Assembly (NCBI GenBank): GCA_963614875.1
Contig: CAVEFC010000001.1
Coordinates: 99,808-163,807 of the forward strand
Source of the DNA: an uncultured Eubacteriales bacterium
GTDB lineage: Bacteria; Bacillota; Clostridia; Oscillospirales; CAG-272
Length of the DNA stretch: 64,000 bases
Direction: 5' to 3'
This document shows positions 18,556 through 27,469 of this stretch, piece by piece (the first letter of the stretch is position 1; every line of letters begins with the position of its first letter). The translations under genes were made by a program, and so were the position numbers. A model generated the notes under the pieces. It made no database searches, had not been told where the DNA came from, and was given only the letters and a program-made list of their open reading frames with translations.

Positions 18556-18584
18556 ATTTTACCCGTTTTCAAGCGATTTGTCAA
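18556..18584 (-). promoter_or_regulatory. Predicted mgtE promoter
   Basis: On the minus strand: TTGACA, 17 nt, TAAAAT. Confidence 0.45.
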
Positions 18585-18599
18585 TATTTTTTTCTGATA

Positions 18600-18628
18600 T
18601 TGTCAAAAGATATTATTTGTGATACAAT
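18600..18628 (+). promoter_or_regulatory. Predicted deoB-cdd promoter
   Basis: TTGTCA, 17 nt, TACAAT with an upstream TG. Confidence 0.4.
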
Positions 18629-18650
18629 AAATCCGAAAGGGAGGATTTTT

Positions 18651-19817
18651 ATGAAAAGAATTTTTCTTACAGTGCTTGACAGCTTCGGCATAGGCAGGGC
18701 CCGTGACGCCGCCGCTTTCGGCGACGAAGGCTCGGATACGCTCGGCTCGCTTATGAAAACCGAAGGCTTTACCCTTGACACACTGAAAAAGCTCGGACTT
18801 CTTAATATCGACGGCGTAAGCCGCAGGGGATATCCTCCGTGCGACTCTCCCACAGGCGCATATGCGCGGGTGGAGGAGCGTTCCGCCGGAAAGGATACCA
18901 CAATAGGTCATTGGGAAATAGCGGGAATTTATTCTCCCTCACCGCTTCCCGTTTTTCCAAACGGCTTCCCAAAAGAAATTATTGATGAATTTTCGCGCCT
19001 TACGGGCAGAGATGTGCTCTGCAACAAGCCATATTCCGGAACGGAAGTGATAAAGGATTACGGAAAAGAGCATATGAAAACCGGCGCGCTTATAGTTTAT
19101 ACCTCGGGCGACAGCGTATTTCAGATAGCCGCTCACGAAAGCGTCGTGCCGATAGACGAGCTTTATCGCTACTGCGAAATCGCACGGAAGCTTCTTACGG
19201 GCAAATACTGCGTGGGCAGAGTTATAGCAAGACCGTTTGAAGGCGAATATCCTTTTGTGAGAACGTCGCGCCGTCACGATTTTTCGGCGCCGCCTCCGTC
19301 GGATACGCTTCTTGACGTGCTTAAAGCTCAGGGCTATGATACCGTATGCATAGGCAAAATAGGCGATATTTTTGCCGGCAGAGGCACGACAAGCTCGGTA
19401 CGGACATCATCAAACGACGACGGTATGAACAAGCTTATGGAAGCGCAGAAAACCGATTTTCACGGGCTTTGCTTTGTAAATCTTGTGGATTTCGATTCGT
19501 CCTTCGGTCACAGAAGAAACGCGGTAGGATATGCGCAGGCAATAATGCATTTTGACGCACGCATCGCACCGTTTATCGAAAATATGCGCGATGACGACGT
19601 GCTTATGATCACCGCCGATCACGGCTGCGATCCAATGTATAAAGGCACCGATCACACAAGAGAAAATGTTCCGCTTCTTATCTGCGGCAAAAAAATAAAG
19701 CCGGAAAATCTCGGCACGCTCAGCACATATTCAGATATCGCGGCAACCGTGGCGGATATGCTCGGCGCGGATTATCATCTCTGCGGAGAAAGCTTTTACG
19801 GGAGGATCAGAAGATGA
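18651..19817 (+). CDS. deoB: Phosphopentomutase
   Basis: ATG 18651 with an aaagggagg SD. Contains MKRIFLTVLDSFGIG...GSDTLG...GHWE...ADHGCDP (alkaline-phosphatase-superfamily DeoB pattern). Confidence 0.85.
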   Translation: MKRIFLTVLDSFGIGRARDAAAFGDEGSDTLGSLMKTEGFTLDTLKKLGLLNIDGVSRRGYPPCDSPTGAYARVEERSAGKDTTIGHWEIAGIYSPSPLPVFPNGFPKEIIDEFSRLTGRDVLCNKPYSGTEVIKDYGKEHMKTGALIVYTSGDSVFQIAAHESVVPIDELYRYCEIARKLLTGKYCVGRVIARPFEGEYPFVRTSRRHDFSAPPPSDTLLDVLKAQGYDTVCIGKIGDIFAGRGTTSSVRTSSNDDGMNKLMEAQKTDFHGLCFVNLVDFDSSFGHRRNAVGYAQAIMHFDARIAPFIENMRDDDVLMITADHGCDPMYKGTDHTRENVPLLICGKKIKPENLGTLSTYSDIAATVADMLGADYHLCGESFYGRIRR

Positions 19818-20206
19818 GTATAGATTATAAAATGCTTGCCGCAAAGGCAACAGAGGCAAGCAAAAACGCTTATGCGCCTTATTCGCATTTCCCCGTCGGC
19901 GCGGCTTTGCTTGCGGAAAGCGGCAGGATATATCTCGGCTGCAATATTGAAAATTCGTCCTTCGGGGCGACAATCTGCGCCGAAAGAACGGCAATGTCGA
20001 AAGCCATCTCCGAGGGCGAAAAGAAGTTTGCGGCGCTCGCCGTCGCTGCCGATCACGGCGACGAATATATCGTTCCGTGCGGCATCTGCCGGCAGTTCAT
20101 ATGCGAATTCTGCCCGCCCGAATTCCCCATAATTCTTGTAAAATCAGAGGATGATTTCAAAATCTCCTCTCTCGGCGAGCTTCTTCCGTCAGGCTTTGTG
20201 CTTTAA
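19814..20206 (+). CDS. cdd: Cytidine deaminase
   Basis: Zinc motifs CAERTA and PCGICRQ. 130 aa. ATGA overlap with deoB. Confidence 0.85.
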   Translation: MSIDYKMLAAKATEASKNAYAPYSHFPVGAALLAESGRIYLGCNIENSSFGATICAERTAMSKAISEGEKKFAALAVAADHGDEYIVPCGICRQFICEFCPPEFPIILVKSEDDFKISSLGELLPSGFVL

Positions 20207-20213
20207 GGTGAAA

Positions 20214-20247
20214 ACAAAAAATCTCCGCTCGCGCGGAGATTTTTTTA
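20214..20247. terminator. Bidirectional intrinsic terminator between cdd and uxuA
   Basis: AAAAAATCTCCGC-tcgc-GCGGAGATTTTTTT. Confidence 0.8.
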
Positions 20248-20255
20248 TATTCCAT

Positions 20256-21302
20256 TTATTTTCTGTCCTTTTCGACAGCTTCAAACAAGCCGCCGAGGTA
20301 CACTGCGCCAAGCGCGCGATCATACAGGCCGTAGCCGGGCTTTCCGTCCTCGCCCCAGATATTTCTTCCGTGATCGGGGCGGACATATCCGTCAAAGCCG
20401 TTTTCCACAAGCGCTTTTACAACGCCGTACATATCAATGCTTCCGCCCTCCGTGCGATGACCGCATTCTTCAAACGAGCCGTCATCTTCTATATGCACGT
20501 TGCGGAGATGTGCAAAATGAATTCTTCCCTGCGCGGCATATTTTGCGGCAAGCTTCGGCATATTGTTCTTTTTCGAGCATCCGAGCGAGCCTGTGCAAAG
20601 CGTCAGACCGTTTGCAAGCGACGGAACAAGTGAAAACATTCTGTCAAGATTTTCTTCACAGGTAATTATTCTGGGAAGATCGAATATGGGATACGGCGGA
20701 TCATCGGGATGAATGGCAAGCTTTATACCGACTTCCTCGGCAATGGGTATAACCTTTTTAAGAAAATATTCAAGGTTTTTCCACAGTCCTTCTTCGCCTA
20801 TTGCTTTATAAGCGTCGATAAGAGAACGTATTTCGGCTTTTGTATAGCTGTCATTCCAGCCGGGCAGACTGAGATCTCCCTCCGCCGGATTGAGTGTTTT
20901 AAGATCTTCAAAAAACATTGCAAGCGATGTCGAGCCGTCTTTGTTTTTATATTTGAGATTGGTTCTTGTCCAGTCGAAAACAGGCATAAAATTATAGCAT
21001 ACAACCTTTATTCCCGCTTCCGCACACACGCGCATATCCTTGCAGAAAAGCTCAATATATTTATCCTTATCGGGCGTACCGAGCTTTATTTCTTCGCAAA
21101 CGGGTATCGATTCGATAACTTCAAATTCAAGTCCGTTTTTTTCACATTCGCGGCGGATCTTCAGAAGATCTTCAAGCTTCCATTCTTCTCCCGCAGCGAC
21201 TTCATAATCCGCGGAGCAGATGCCCGTCATTCCGGGAATCTGACTTATATATTCAAGCGGTACTATATCGTTTCCCGCCGACCAGCGAAATATCATTTTC
21301 AT
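20256..21302 (-). CDS. uxuA: Mannonate dehydratase
   Basis: MKMIFRW... N-terminus and a TIM-barrel xylose-isomerase-like pattern typical of UxuA. 348 aa. Confidence 0.75.
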   Translation of the reverse strand: MKMIFRWSAGNDIVPLEYISQIPGMTGICSADYEVAAGEEWKLEDLLKIRRECEKNGLEFEVIESIPVCEEIKLGTPDKDKYIELFCKDMRVCAEAGIKVVCYNFMPVFDWTRTNLKYKNKDGSTSLAMFFEDLKTLNPAEGDLSLPGWNDSYTKAEIRSLIDAYKAIGEEGLWKNLEYFLKKVIPIAEEVGIKLAIHPDDPPYPIFDLPRIITCEENLDRMFSLVPSLANGLTLCTGSLGCSKKNNMPKLAAKYAAQGRIHFAHLRNVHIEDDGSFEECGHRTEGGSIDMYGVVKALVENGFDGYVRPDHGRNIWGEDGKPGYGLYDRALGAVYLGGLFEAVEKDRK

Positions 21303-21388
21303 AATTTTTTCTCCTGACTTTTGTTTTTTATAATTTTATCACAACAAAAGAGAAGTTGCAAGTATTTATTTAAAAACAGCTATGTGAA

Positions 21389-21616
21389 TCAGACTTTGAA
21401 AATATCTTCATACGAAACGGAGAGAATTGATTTTATAAGAATAATTTCGTCCGGATAAAGATGCCTTTGTCCTACTTCAATCTTGGCAATTGCACTTCTT
21501 GTAATATCGCAACCGTGAAGCTGAAGGCAAGCCGCAAGTGTTTCCTGTGTTATGTTTGCCTTTTCCCTAAGTTTTTTTATGTTGTTTCCTACAATTTTCT
21601 CTGTTTTTCGATTCAT
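21389..21616 (-). CDS. XRE-family HTH transcriptional regulator
   Basis: 75 aa with IKKLREKANITQETLAACL...SAIAKIEVGQR. Confidence 0.7.
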   Translation of the reverse strand: MNRKTEKIVGNNIKKLREKANITQETLAACLQLHGCDITRSAIAKIEVGQRHLYPDEIILIKSILSVSYEDIFKV

Positions 21617-21734
21617 TTTTGCCTCTTTTTATATATTTTCTTAATCCACGTGTTGACAATAGTATACTGGCGTGATATAATAAGTCTGCACCTATATAGG
21701 TGCAAAAATAAAAAATATCAAAGGAGAAACAACA

Positions 21735-22076
21735 ATGAAAAAAATCGCACTCGCACTCGCTCTTACAATTATTGTCTCCGCCATTGTGATCTCGCTTGCA
21801 GGTTGCGGCGCCAAAGGCAGTAGCAAATTCATCGGAACTTGGGAACTTCAGAGTGGCTCTCTTACATTCAGCAAGGAAATAACCTTTAAAAGTGGCGGAA
21901 AATATGTAGAAGTCAACGGCGCCGGCTTTGATGATGAGGGCAGCTACAGCGTCAAAAGCGACACAGAGGTTGAGATAAACTACCTTAAGTACAACTATAA
22001 GTTTGATGGCGACACTCTCACACTTTATTATGCTATCGGCAGTGATGGTCTATCTGCAACATACAAAAAGAAATAA
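21735..22076 (+). CDS. Small lipoprotein
   Basis: Signal peptide plus lipobox (VISLAGC). 113 aa. Confidence 0.6.
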   Translation: MKKIALALALTIIVSAIVISLAGCGAKGSSKFIGTWELQSGSLTFSKEITFKSGGKYVEVNGAGFDDEGSYSVKSDTEVEINYLKYNYKFDGDTLTLYYAIGSDGLSATYKKK

Positions 22077-22386
22077 TCCGCATATCGTCTGTAAAAACAG
22101 GCAATAAAAACTTCCTCCTATGGTAGAACAGAAATATATCTGCCACAGGAGGAGGTTTTATTTCGGGAAGCTATCGCTGCTTTTTTCCCTGAACAACGCC
22201 GCAACTATTGATTTTTTTCATCGTCAAAAATTGCCACTTATAAAAATATATCTGACGAAAATAATAATATCGGACAAAGCAAAAAAACGTGCCGCGTCCG
22301 ATATGGCGCTTCAAACGGCGATGCCTTCGGGCGCGCAAAATGAAGATGCCTGTCAAACGATTATATTTTTTTAGGAGAACATTCAG

Positions 22387-22641
22387 ATGGCAAGCAATAA
22401 ATCTCTCGTTCCCGAGGCTAAGGAAGCCCTCAGCAGATTCAAAATGGAAGCTGCCGGCGAAGTTGGCGTAAATCTTAAGCAGGGCTACAACGGTGACCTT
22501 ACTGCCAAGCAGGCAGGCTCCGTCGGCGGTCAGATGGTTAACAATATGAACCCCGTACGAACTATGAAATTCGACCGCCACAACAGAATATCACAGGGAC
22601 ACAAAATAACCGTCAGGTACTCGTTTTCCCTTACCGTATAA
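22387..22641 (+). pseudogene. ssp: Alpha/beta-type small acid-soluble spore protein gene, 3-prime end displaced by element insertion
   Basis: Residues 1-51 (MASNKSLVPEAKEALSRFKMEAAGEVGVNL...KQAGSVGGQMV) fit the SASP consensus. After codon 51 the sequence (NNMNPVRTMKFDRHNRISQGHKITVRYSFSLTV) is unrelated to SASPs. Confidence 0.75.
22521..22560 (+). other. attL junction (core AA at 22540-22541)
   Basis: Host ssp sequence runs up to GGTCAGATGGTT-AA, then element sequence CAATATGAAC-CCCGTACG. Shares 16 of 24 positions with attR around the core. Confidence 0.65.
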
Positions 22642-22766
22642 GACATTTGGAATATCAGTACATAATTTTTAATTATTGCCTGAGTATAAAATCCCTTGTT
22701 TGCGCATATACTGATGATGGGAGAAAATCCCGCCGGGGAAATGAAATGTTTTTTCGATAAAGGGTA

Positions 22767-22795
22767 TTGCATTTTCTTCGGAAGTATGGTATAAT
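22767..22795 (+). promoter_or_regulatory. Sigma-A type promoter upstream of the DUF3800 gene
   Basis: TTGCAT, 17 nt, TATAAT with a TGG extension. Confidence 0.55.
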
Positions 22796-22840
22796 ACAAA
22801 CAAAGAAGATGGGCTGGTCTCCGGACCCGGGTCCACCTGC

Positions 22841-22869
22841 GGCGGGGATGTTCCCCGCCATTTTCTTTA
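22841..22869 (+). terminator. Terminator-like hairpin in the DUF3800 leader
   Basis: GGCGGGG-atgtt-CCCCGCC followed by ATTTTCTTT, only ~12 nt before the ATG. Preceded by the palindrome GGACCCGGGTCC. Confidence 0.4.
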
Positions 22870-22881
22870 AGAGGAGTGTAA

Positions 22882-23568
22882 ATGATGAGCGAACTCAGTA
22901 TATTCGTTGACGAATCGGGCGATTTCGGCACATACGAGCCTCATGCGCCGTTCTATTTGTTTACACTCGTATTTCATGACCAGCGCAGCTCAATTGAAGC
23001 TCAGATAAGACATTTGGAACATGGACTTGCAGACATCGGCTTTGATGTGAAGCATTGCTTCCATGCCGGTCCCATCATACGCCGCGAGGAAGATTATCAA
23101 AATCTTTCAATCACAGAGCGCAGAAAGTGCCTTAACCGTATTCTGACATTCGCTAAAAATTGCGATATATCCTACATCACTTTTTCGGTTGAGAAAAAGC
23201 ACATGTCGGATTCAATCGGCTTGACGGTTGCGCTATCAAAGCAGCTTTCTGCATTTATACGCGGAGAATATGCTTTCTTTGCGCAATTTGACAAGATTAT
23301 CGTTTATTATGATAACGGACAAGTTGAACTGAACAAGCTTCTGGCTTCAGTTTTCGCCGTCATGCTTCCGCAAGCGGAATTCCGAAAGGTGCTTCCTGCC
23401 GATTACAGATTATTTCAGGTTGCCGACCTCTTTTGCACATTGGAGCTTGTCTGCTTGAAAGACGAACACCATATCATGTCAAAATCCGAAGAGGCTTTTT
23501 TCGGCTCAATGAGAGATATGCGAAAGAATTATCTCAAGCCGATGTACAGAAAACGCTATATACACTGA
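22882..23568 (+). CDS. DUF3800-domain protein
   Basis: N-terminal LSIFVDESGDFG motif typical of DUF3800. 228 aa. Confidence 0.6.
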   Translation: MMSELSIFVDESGDFGTYEPHAPFYLFTLVFHDQRSSIEAQIRHLEHGLADIGFDVKHCFHAGPIIRREEDYQNLSITERRKCLNRILTFAKNCDISYITFSVEKKHMSDSIGLTVALSKQLSAFIRGEYAFFAQFDKIIVYYDNGQVELNKLLASVFAVMLPQAEFRKVLPADYRLFQVADLFCTLELVCLKDEHHIMSKSEEAFFGSMRDMRKNYLKPMYRKRYIH

Positions 23569-23585
23569 AAATTAAAGAATATAAT

Positions 23586-23619
23586 AAAAATCGCTGCCTG
23601 ACAAGCAGCGATTTTCTTT
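23586..23619. terminator. Bidirectional terminator between convergent genes
   Basis: AAAAATCGCTGC-ctgacaa-GCAGCGATTTTCTTT. Confidence 0.7.
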
Positions 23620-23997
23620 CTATCCTTTTACCATTGTGTCGAAGCAGAAAAGAGCAGCCGAGAAACCGAGGGAAACCACGGTAGAGTCGGTTGATATTAT
23701 TCCTGCCATGTAGCATATGCAGACAGCAGTCATTACACCGGCGGAAAAAATCCGAATCAGTTCACTTTTGATGGTTGACAGAAATGTCGGTGGCGGTTCC
23801 GACTCTGCTATCTTCTGCTCGACCGGTAAACCGAGCAGGTCGATAAGTTTCTCCAAATGCTCTTCGCATGGCGCAGACAAGCCACGCTCCCATTTTGAAA
23901 CCGCCTTTCCCGATATTCCGAGCATCGCACCAAGTTCTGATTGCGTCAACCCGCGTTCTTTCCTTTTTTGTAATATCAGATTGCTTATATTATCCAT
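23620..23997 (-). CDS. XRE-family HTH regulator with C-terminal membrane segments
   Basis: LQKRKERGLTQSELGAMLGISGKAVSKWERG, then a hydrophobic tail. 125 aa. Confidence 0.7.
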   Translation of the reverse strand: MDNISNLILQKRKERGLTQSELGAMLGISGKAVSKWERGLSAPCEEHLEKLIDLLGLPVEQKIAESEPPPTFLSTIKSELIRIFSAGVMTAVCICYMAGIISTDSTVVSLGFSAALFCFDTMVKG

Positions 23998-24099
23998 ATC
24001 AACCTCCGTAAACTGTTTGGTTGAATATAGTATTGACCAAATTAAATGAAAATCTGCAAAGTTGATTGATGCAGCGATATTTGGTGCACATAAGCAGTC

Positions 24100-24148
24100 A
24101 GTTATCGGGGCATATTTTTACAAAGTTAAGATTTATGCCCCGATAACT
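24100..24148. repeat. 14-bp perfect inverted repeat
   Basis: AGTTATCGGGGCAT (24100-24113) and ATGCCCCGATAACT (24135-24148). Confidence 0.8.
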
Positions 24149-24178
24149 TGGCAAATCAATATATAAGCCCACCTTCTT

Positions 24179-25099
24179 TCAGATCTCAGACCAATCGATG
24201 AACACATAAAGATAATAATCCTCAAGGGTTGCCGGAACATTTGCCGCCGTTTCCGTCGGTCTGATATCCGAAAGAACCCGCAACCTGACGGATTGCAAAT
24301 CGTCCTCATCGCGCGCAATGCTTATCACGCGGTGCTTTTCCTGCATGGAAAAAATATCTTTTTCGCTTACGGGTATGCTCCATACCTTGCCGTCGATTTT
24401 TTTGATCAGCTCATGCGGAGGAGCTTTTTCAATTATAACGCCATTTTTCAGCATGATAATATCACGCGCGATGAACTCAACGTCGCTCACAACATGCGTT
24501 GCGATTATGACAATTTTGTTCAACGCTATCTGCGAAATATAATTCCGTATGGCGATTCTCTGCTTTGGGTCAAGCCCAGCTGTCGGTTCGTCGAGTATAA
24601 GGATTGAAGGGTTACCGAGAACTGCCTGCGCGAGCGCAAGTCGTTGCTTCATTCCGCCGGACAGCGCTCCGATTCTGCGTTTTGAAACGTCGTCCAGCTC
24701 AACCGCAATAAGTATTTCGTTTATCTGTTCGGCTATATATTGCTTTCTTTCTTTTGTCCCGAGCTCACAGCCGACGTCCTTTAAGGTTGCCATATACCAC
24801 ATAAAGCTTTCAACGGTGAAGTTCGGATAAAACCCCGGATACTGCGGCATAAACCCCAGCTTTTTTCGGAATTCTGCGCCGAGCTTTTTTATGTTTTCCG
24901 GAGCTTTCCCGTCGTCACCGAAGAAAATCTCGCCGGAATCGGCTTTCAGATTATCTGTAATAATATTCATAAGCGTCGATTTCCCCGCTCCGTTAGGGCC
25001 CAAAAGCGCATATATTCCGGGCTGAAAATCTGCGGAAAAGCAGGAAAGCGCCTGATTTTTACCGTATGCCTTGCTTAACTCTTTAATGGATAAAATCAT
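24179..25099 (-). CDS. ABC transporter ATP-binding protein
   Basis: Walker A GPNGAGKST, signature LSGGMKQR, Walker B ILILDEP. 306 aa. Confidence 0.9.
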   Translation of the reverse strand: MILSIKELSKAYGKNQALSCFSADFQPGIYALLGPNGAGKSTLMNIITDNLKADSGEIFFGDDGKAPENIKKLGAEFRKKLGFMPQYPGFYPNFTVESFMWYMATLKDVGCELGTKERKQYIAEQINEILIAVELDDVSKRRIGALSGGMKQRLALAQAVLGNPSILILDEPTAGLDPKQRIAIRNYISQIALNKIVIIATHVVSDVEFIARDIIMLKNGVIIEKAPPHELIKKIDGKVWSIPVSEKDIFSMQEKHRVISIARDEDDLQSVRLRVLSDIRPTETAANVPATLEDYYLYVFIDWSEI

Positions 25100-27429
25100 A
25101 ATCTTCCTCCTTTATGTATGCGTCTGAGCGAAAAAGTGAAAGAACAGCCGACGAAGATAAATACAATGGCATACGCTATGGCAAACCATGCATATACAGC
25201 CGAAGGCGTTGTCTCCGCCGAAAGACGATACAACGAATCGGCGTCCGTCAATTTGCTTATGTCGATATAACCGAAAAATTTCACCCCCGCCGCCTGCAGA
25301 AGTCCTGGGGCGAATATAAATATCGCCGACGTCACATACGCGGATAAATTGTCCTTTATAAAGTATGATATCGCAAAGCATGCCGAGGCGGCAAGCACCG
25401 CTCCGAGGAGCGAAAATGCAAACACAGAGCCGATGTATTGCCCAAACGATAAAGATGTTTGAGCAAAGGCGTATCGTGTCATACTGACAAGCAATGCGCC
25501 TTTCGGAGGCATACCCAACTTCACGGCAAAGCAAACAAGATCAATTGCTTTGAGCAAAACTGTTGCCGAAACCGCATAGATCAGGGTAAACAGATATTTC
25601 GCCATGAATGTGTCTGTTCTGCCCTTAAGAGTCGTGCCAAGCAAAAATGACGGCGATGACGACGATGATGTCTTTCGGCGCTCCATCGAAAAGCCGCTGA
25701 TACTCAAAACGCACAGAAACGCTATCAGTATCCAGTCCGTTCCGGCACCAAGATATTTATAACAATACAGTTCGTTTACAAATGACCCCGTGACGCCCTT
25801 ATTATACAGCGAGCCGAGATATCCCGATTGCTTCATAATGTCGCCGAGCACACGGATTTTCATCTGTGCAGCCGAATAATCGGCGCAATATACAAGATAA
25901 TCATCTATCGACATTTTTTTGGAAAAATACGCCTCTGTGTGTTCGCCGTATTTTTCAACAATGGCATTACAGTTATCATATTCGTCTCTCAGATATGCCG
26001 CTTTTTCGCTTGAATATTCCCCTTCGATTTCGGCAATATATCCGGTGTATATGCGGTTATATGACGTGTCGTCAATCTCAAAATAGCTTGCGGCATAGGC
26101 GCATTTTATGATAACAACCGCGGCAAGTAGGAAAATTATCCATATACGTTTGCGTTGCTCAAAAGATAAAAGGCTTGTATCATACAACGTCGCCTTTTTA
26201 CGCACTTCTTTCAAGCTACGCGCTTTTTCGTTCTTTCTTGCAGAAGCTCTCCTTTTGCGCGCCGAATTGCTTACACGGGCAAAACCGAAACGGTTGACAA
26301 AAAACGCGGCGACAAGAAGAATAGCTCCCGATAATATGCTGACCGGTATTATCGATACCGGATGAGCTATAATATCCAAAGCGCGATATCTCGAAAAGAG
26401 TTCTTTCAGATTGAATATCGACCAGAAGTTTATATATTTCGCCTGTCCCGACTTTATAAAATCGGCGGAGGACATAAGAAAACCTCCGAAAAGAAGCACT
26501 GCGCCACCTATAATTCCCGCTGTGAATTTTCTCGCGACAGATGATATCGCCAGAACGACAGACGAAAAAACCGCAACCGTCAGCATTCTTATAACAAGCG
26601 TAATTAGCAGATATCCCGCTATGCTTATGTTGTACGGGCAAAGCAGAAACGCATCGACCGACTGTATCGGCACAAAAGGATCAGAAAAGCCGAGCGCCGC
26701 CCACGTTGCCAAAAGCGACGAAAGATTGAACGCCTCCGTCAGCACGGCGCCTGAAATCATCGCGGCAAGGTATTTCGCCGCCGCTGTATTCTCCCTACCC
26801 TTTGCACAGGCCTTTTCTATTGCATAAAAGCCTGTATGATAATCGTTCACCGCAATCCACACAGAGCAGATCAAAACAGCGGCAAACACGAAAATAATTT
26901 CCGTACCAATACCGAAATATTCGTTCCAGCCGACAACGATCCCGTCGCCGAGCGAAATGTTTTCGTTCAGCGCCGAATATCTTTTTATCACCTGCTTCTG
27001 ATAGCGGTAATTATATGTATTAACATCTCCTTTTGAGTTTTCCGTCTGCTTTATTATGTTTGAAGACTGAGTTATTATCAGGTTCATCCTGCTGTGATAA
27101 TTTTTGTCCGCGTCAATAAACGAACAGACATACTCAAACAGCGAAATATCTTCAATAATTCCTTCACCGTATACGCTTTCCGTCACTCCGTCGTCCGACG
27201 AATAGAAATTATTTTCAATACGCTCCTTTTCTTTGTAAAACAGCTCTGGGTCGGATTTATACAGCGAATATACCGTAGCCGCCTGCCCGATATATCTGTT
27301 CGAGCGCGAATTTGTTTTCGCGGAAATTCCGCAGAAAACCGCATTTGCAATCAGCAAAGCGATGGCAAACATTATCAGATACAGCTGAGAGCACAGCTTT
27401 TTTATCTCGTAATATACGGTGGGTTTCAT
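25096..27429 (-). CDS. Large polytopic ABC-2-type permease-like membrane protein
   Basis: 777 aa with many hydrophobic segments in two blocks separated by a soluble region. Overlaps the ATPase start by 4 nt. Confidence 0.6.
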   Translation of the reverse strand: MKPTVYYEIKKLCSQLYLIMFAIALLIANAVFCGISAKTNSRSNRYIGQAATVYSLYKSDPELFYKEKERIENNFYSSDDGVTESVYGEGIIEDISLFEYVCSFIDADKNYHSRMNLIITQSSNIIKQTENSKGDVNTYNYRYQKQVIKRYSALNENISLGDGIVVGWNEYFGIGTEIIFVFAAVLICSVWIAVNDYHTGFYAIEKACAKGRENTAAAKYLAAMISGAVLTEAFNLSSLLATWAALGFSDPFVPIQSVDAFLLCPYNISIAGYLLITLVIRMLTVAVFSSVVLAISSVARKFTAGIIGGAVLLFGGFLMSSADFIKSGQAKYINFWSIFNLKELFSRYRALDIIAHPVSIIPVSILSGAILLVAAFFVNRFGFARVSNSARKRRASARKNEKARSLKEVRKKATLYDTSLLSFEQRKRIWIIFLLAAVVIIKCAYAASYFEIDDTSYNRIYTGYIAEIEGEYSSEKAAYLRDEYDNCNAIVEKYGEHTEAYFSKKMSIDDYLVYCADYSAAQMKIRVLGDIMKQSGYLGSLYNKGVTGSFVNELYCYKYLGAGTDWILIAFLCVLSISGFSMERRKTSSSSSPSFLLGTTLKGRTDTFMAKYLFTLIYAVSATVLLKAIDLVCFAVKLGMPPKGALLVSMTRYAFAQTSLSFGQYIGSVFAFSLLGAVLAASACFAISYFIKDNLSAYVTSAIFIFAPGLLQAAGVKFFGYIDISKLTDADSLYRLSAETTPSAVYAWFAIAYAIVFIFVGCSFTFSLRRIHKGGRL

Positions 27430-27469
27430 AACCGCTGCCCTTTCTTTTTTTTGAATGTACCTTTGTTTT

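Noticed and set aside
22534-22536. Crossover placed at the shared ATG codon (22534-36 and 40062-64)
   Set aside because: A junction at the AA six bases downstream restores the consensus Val (GGQMVKKMIE). It also sits exactly midway (10 nt on each side) between the 8-bp inverted repeats of the deduced attP.
22387-22641. Treating the 84-aa ORF as an intact, unusually long SASP
   Set aside because: The tail after GGQMV has no resemblance to SASP helix 2. A perfect SASP C-terminus plus terminator is found at the far end of the element, in frame, at a symmetric att core.
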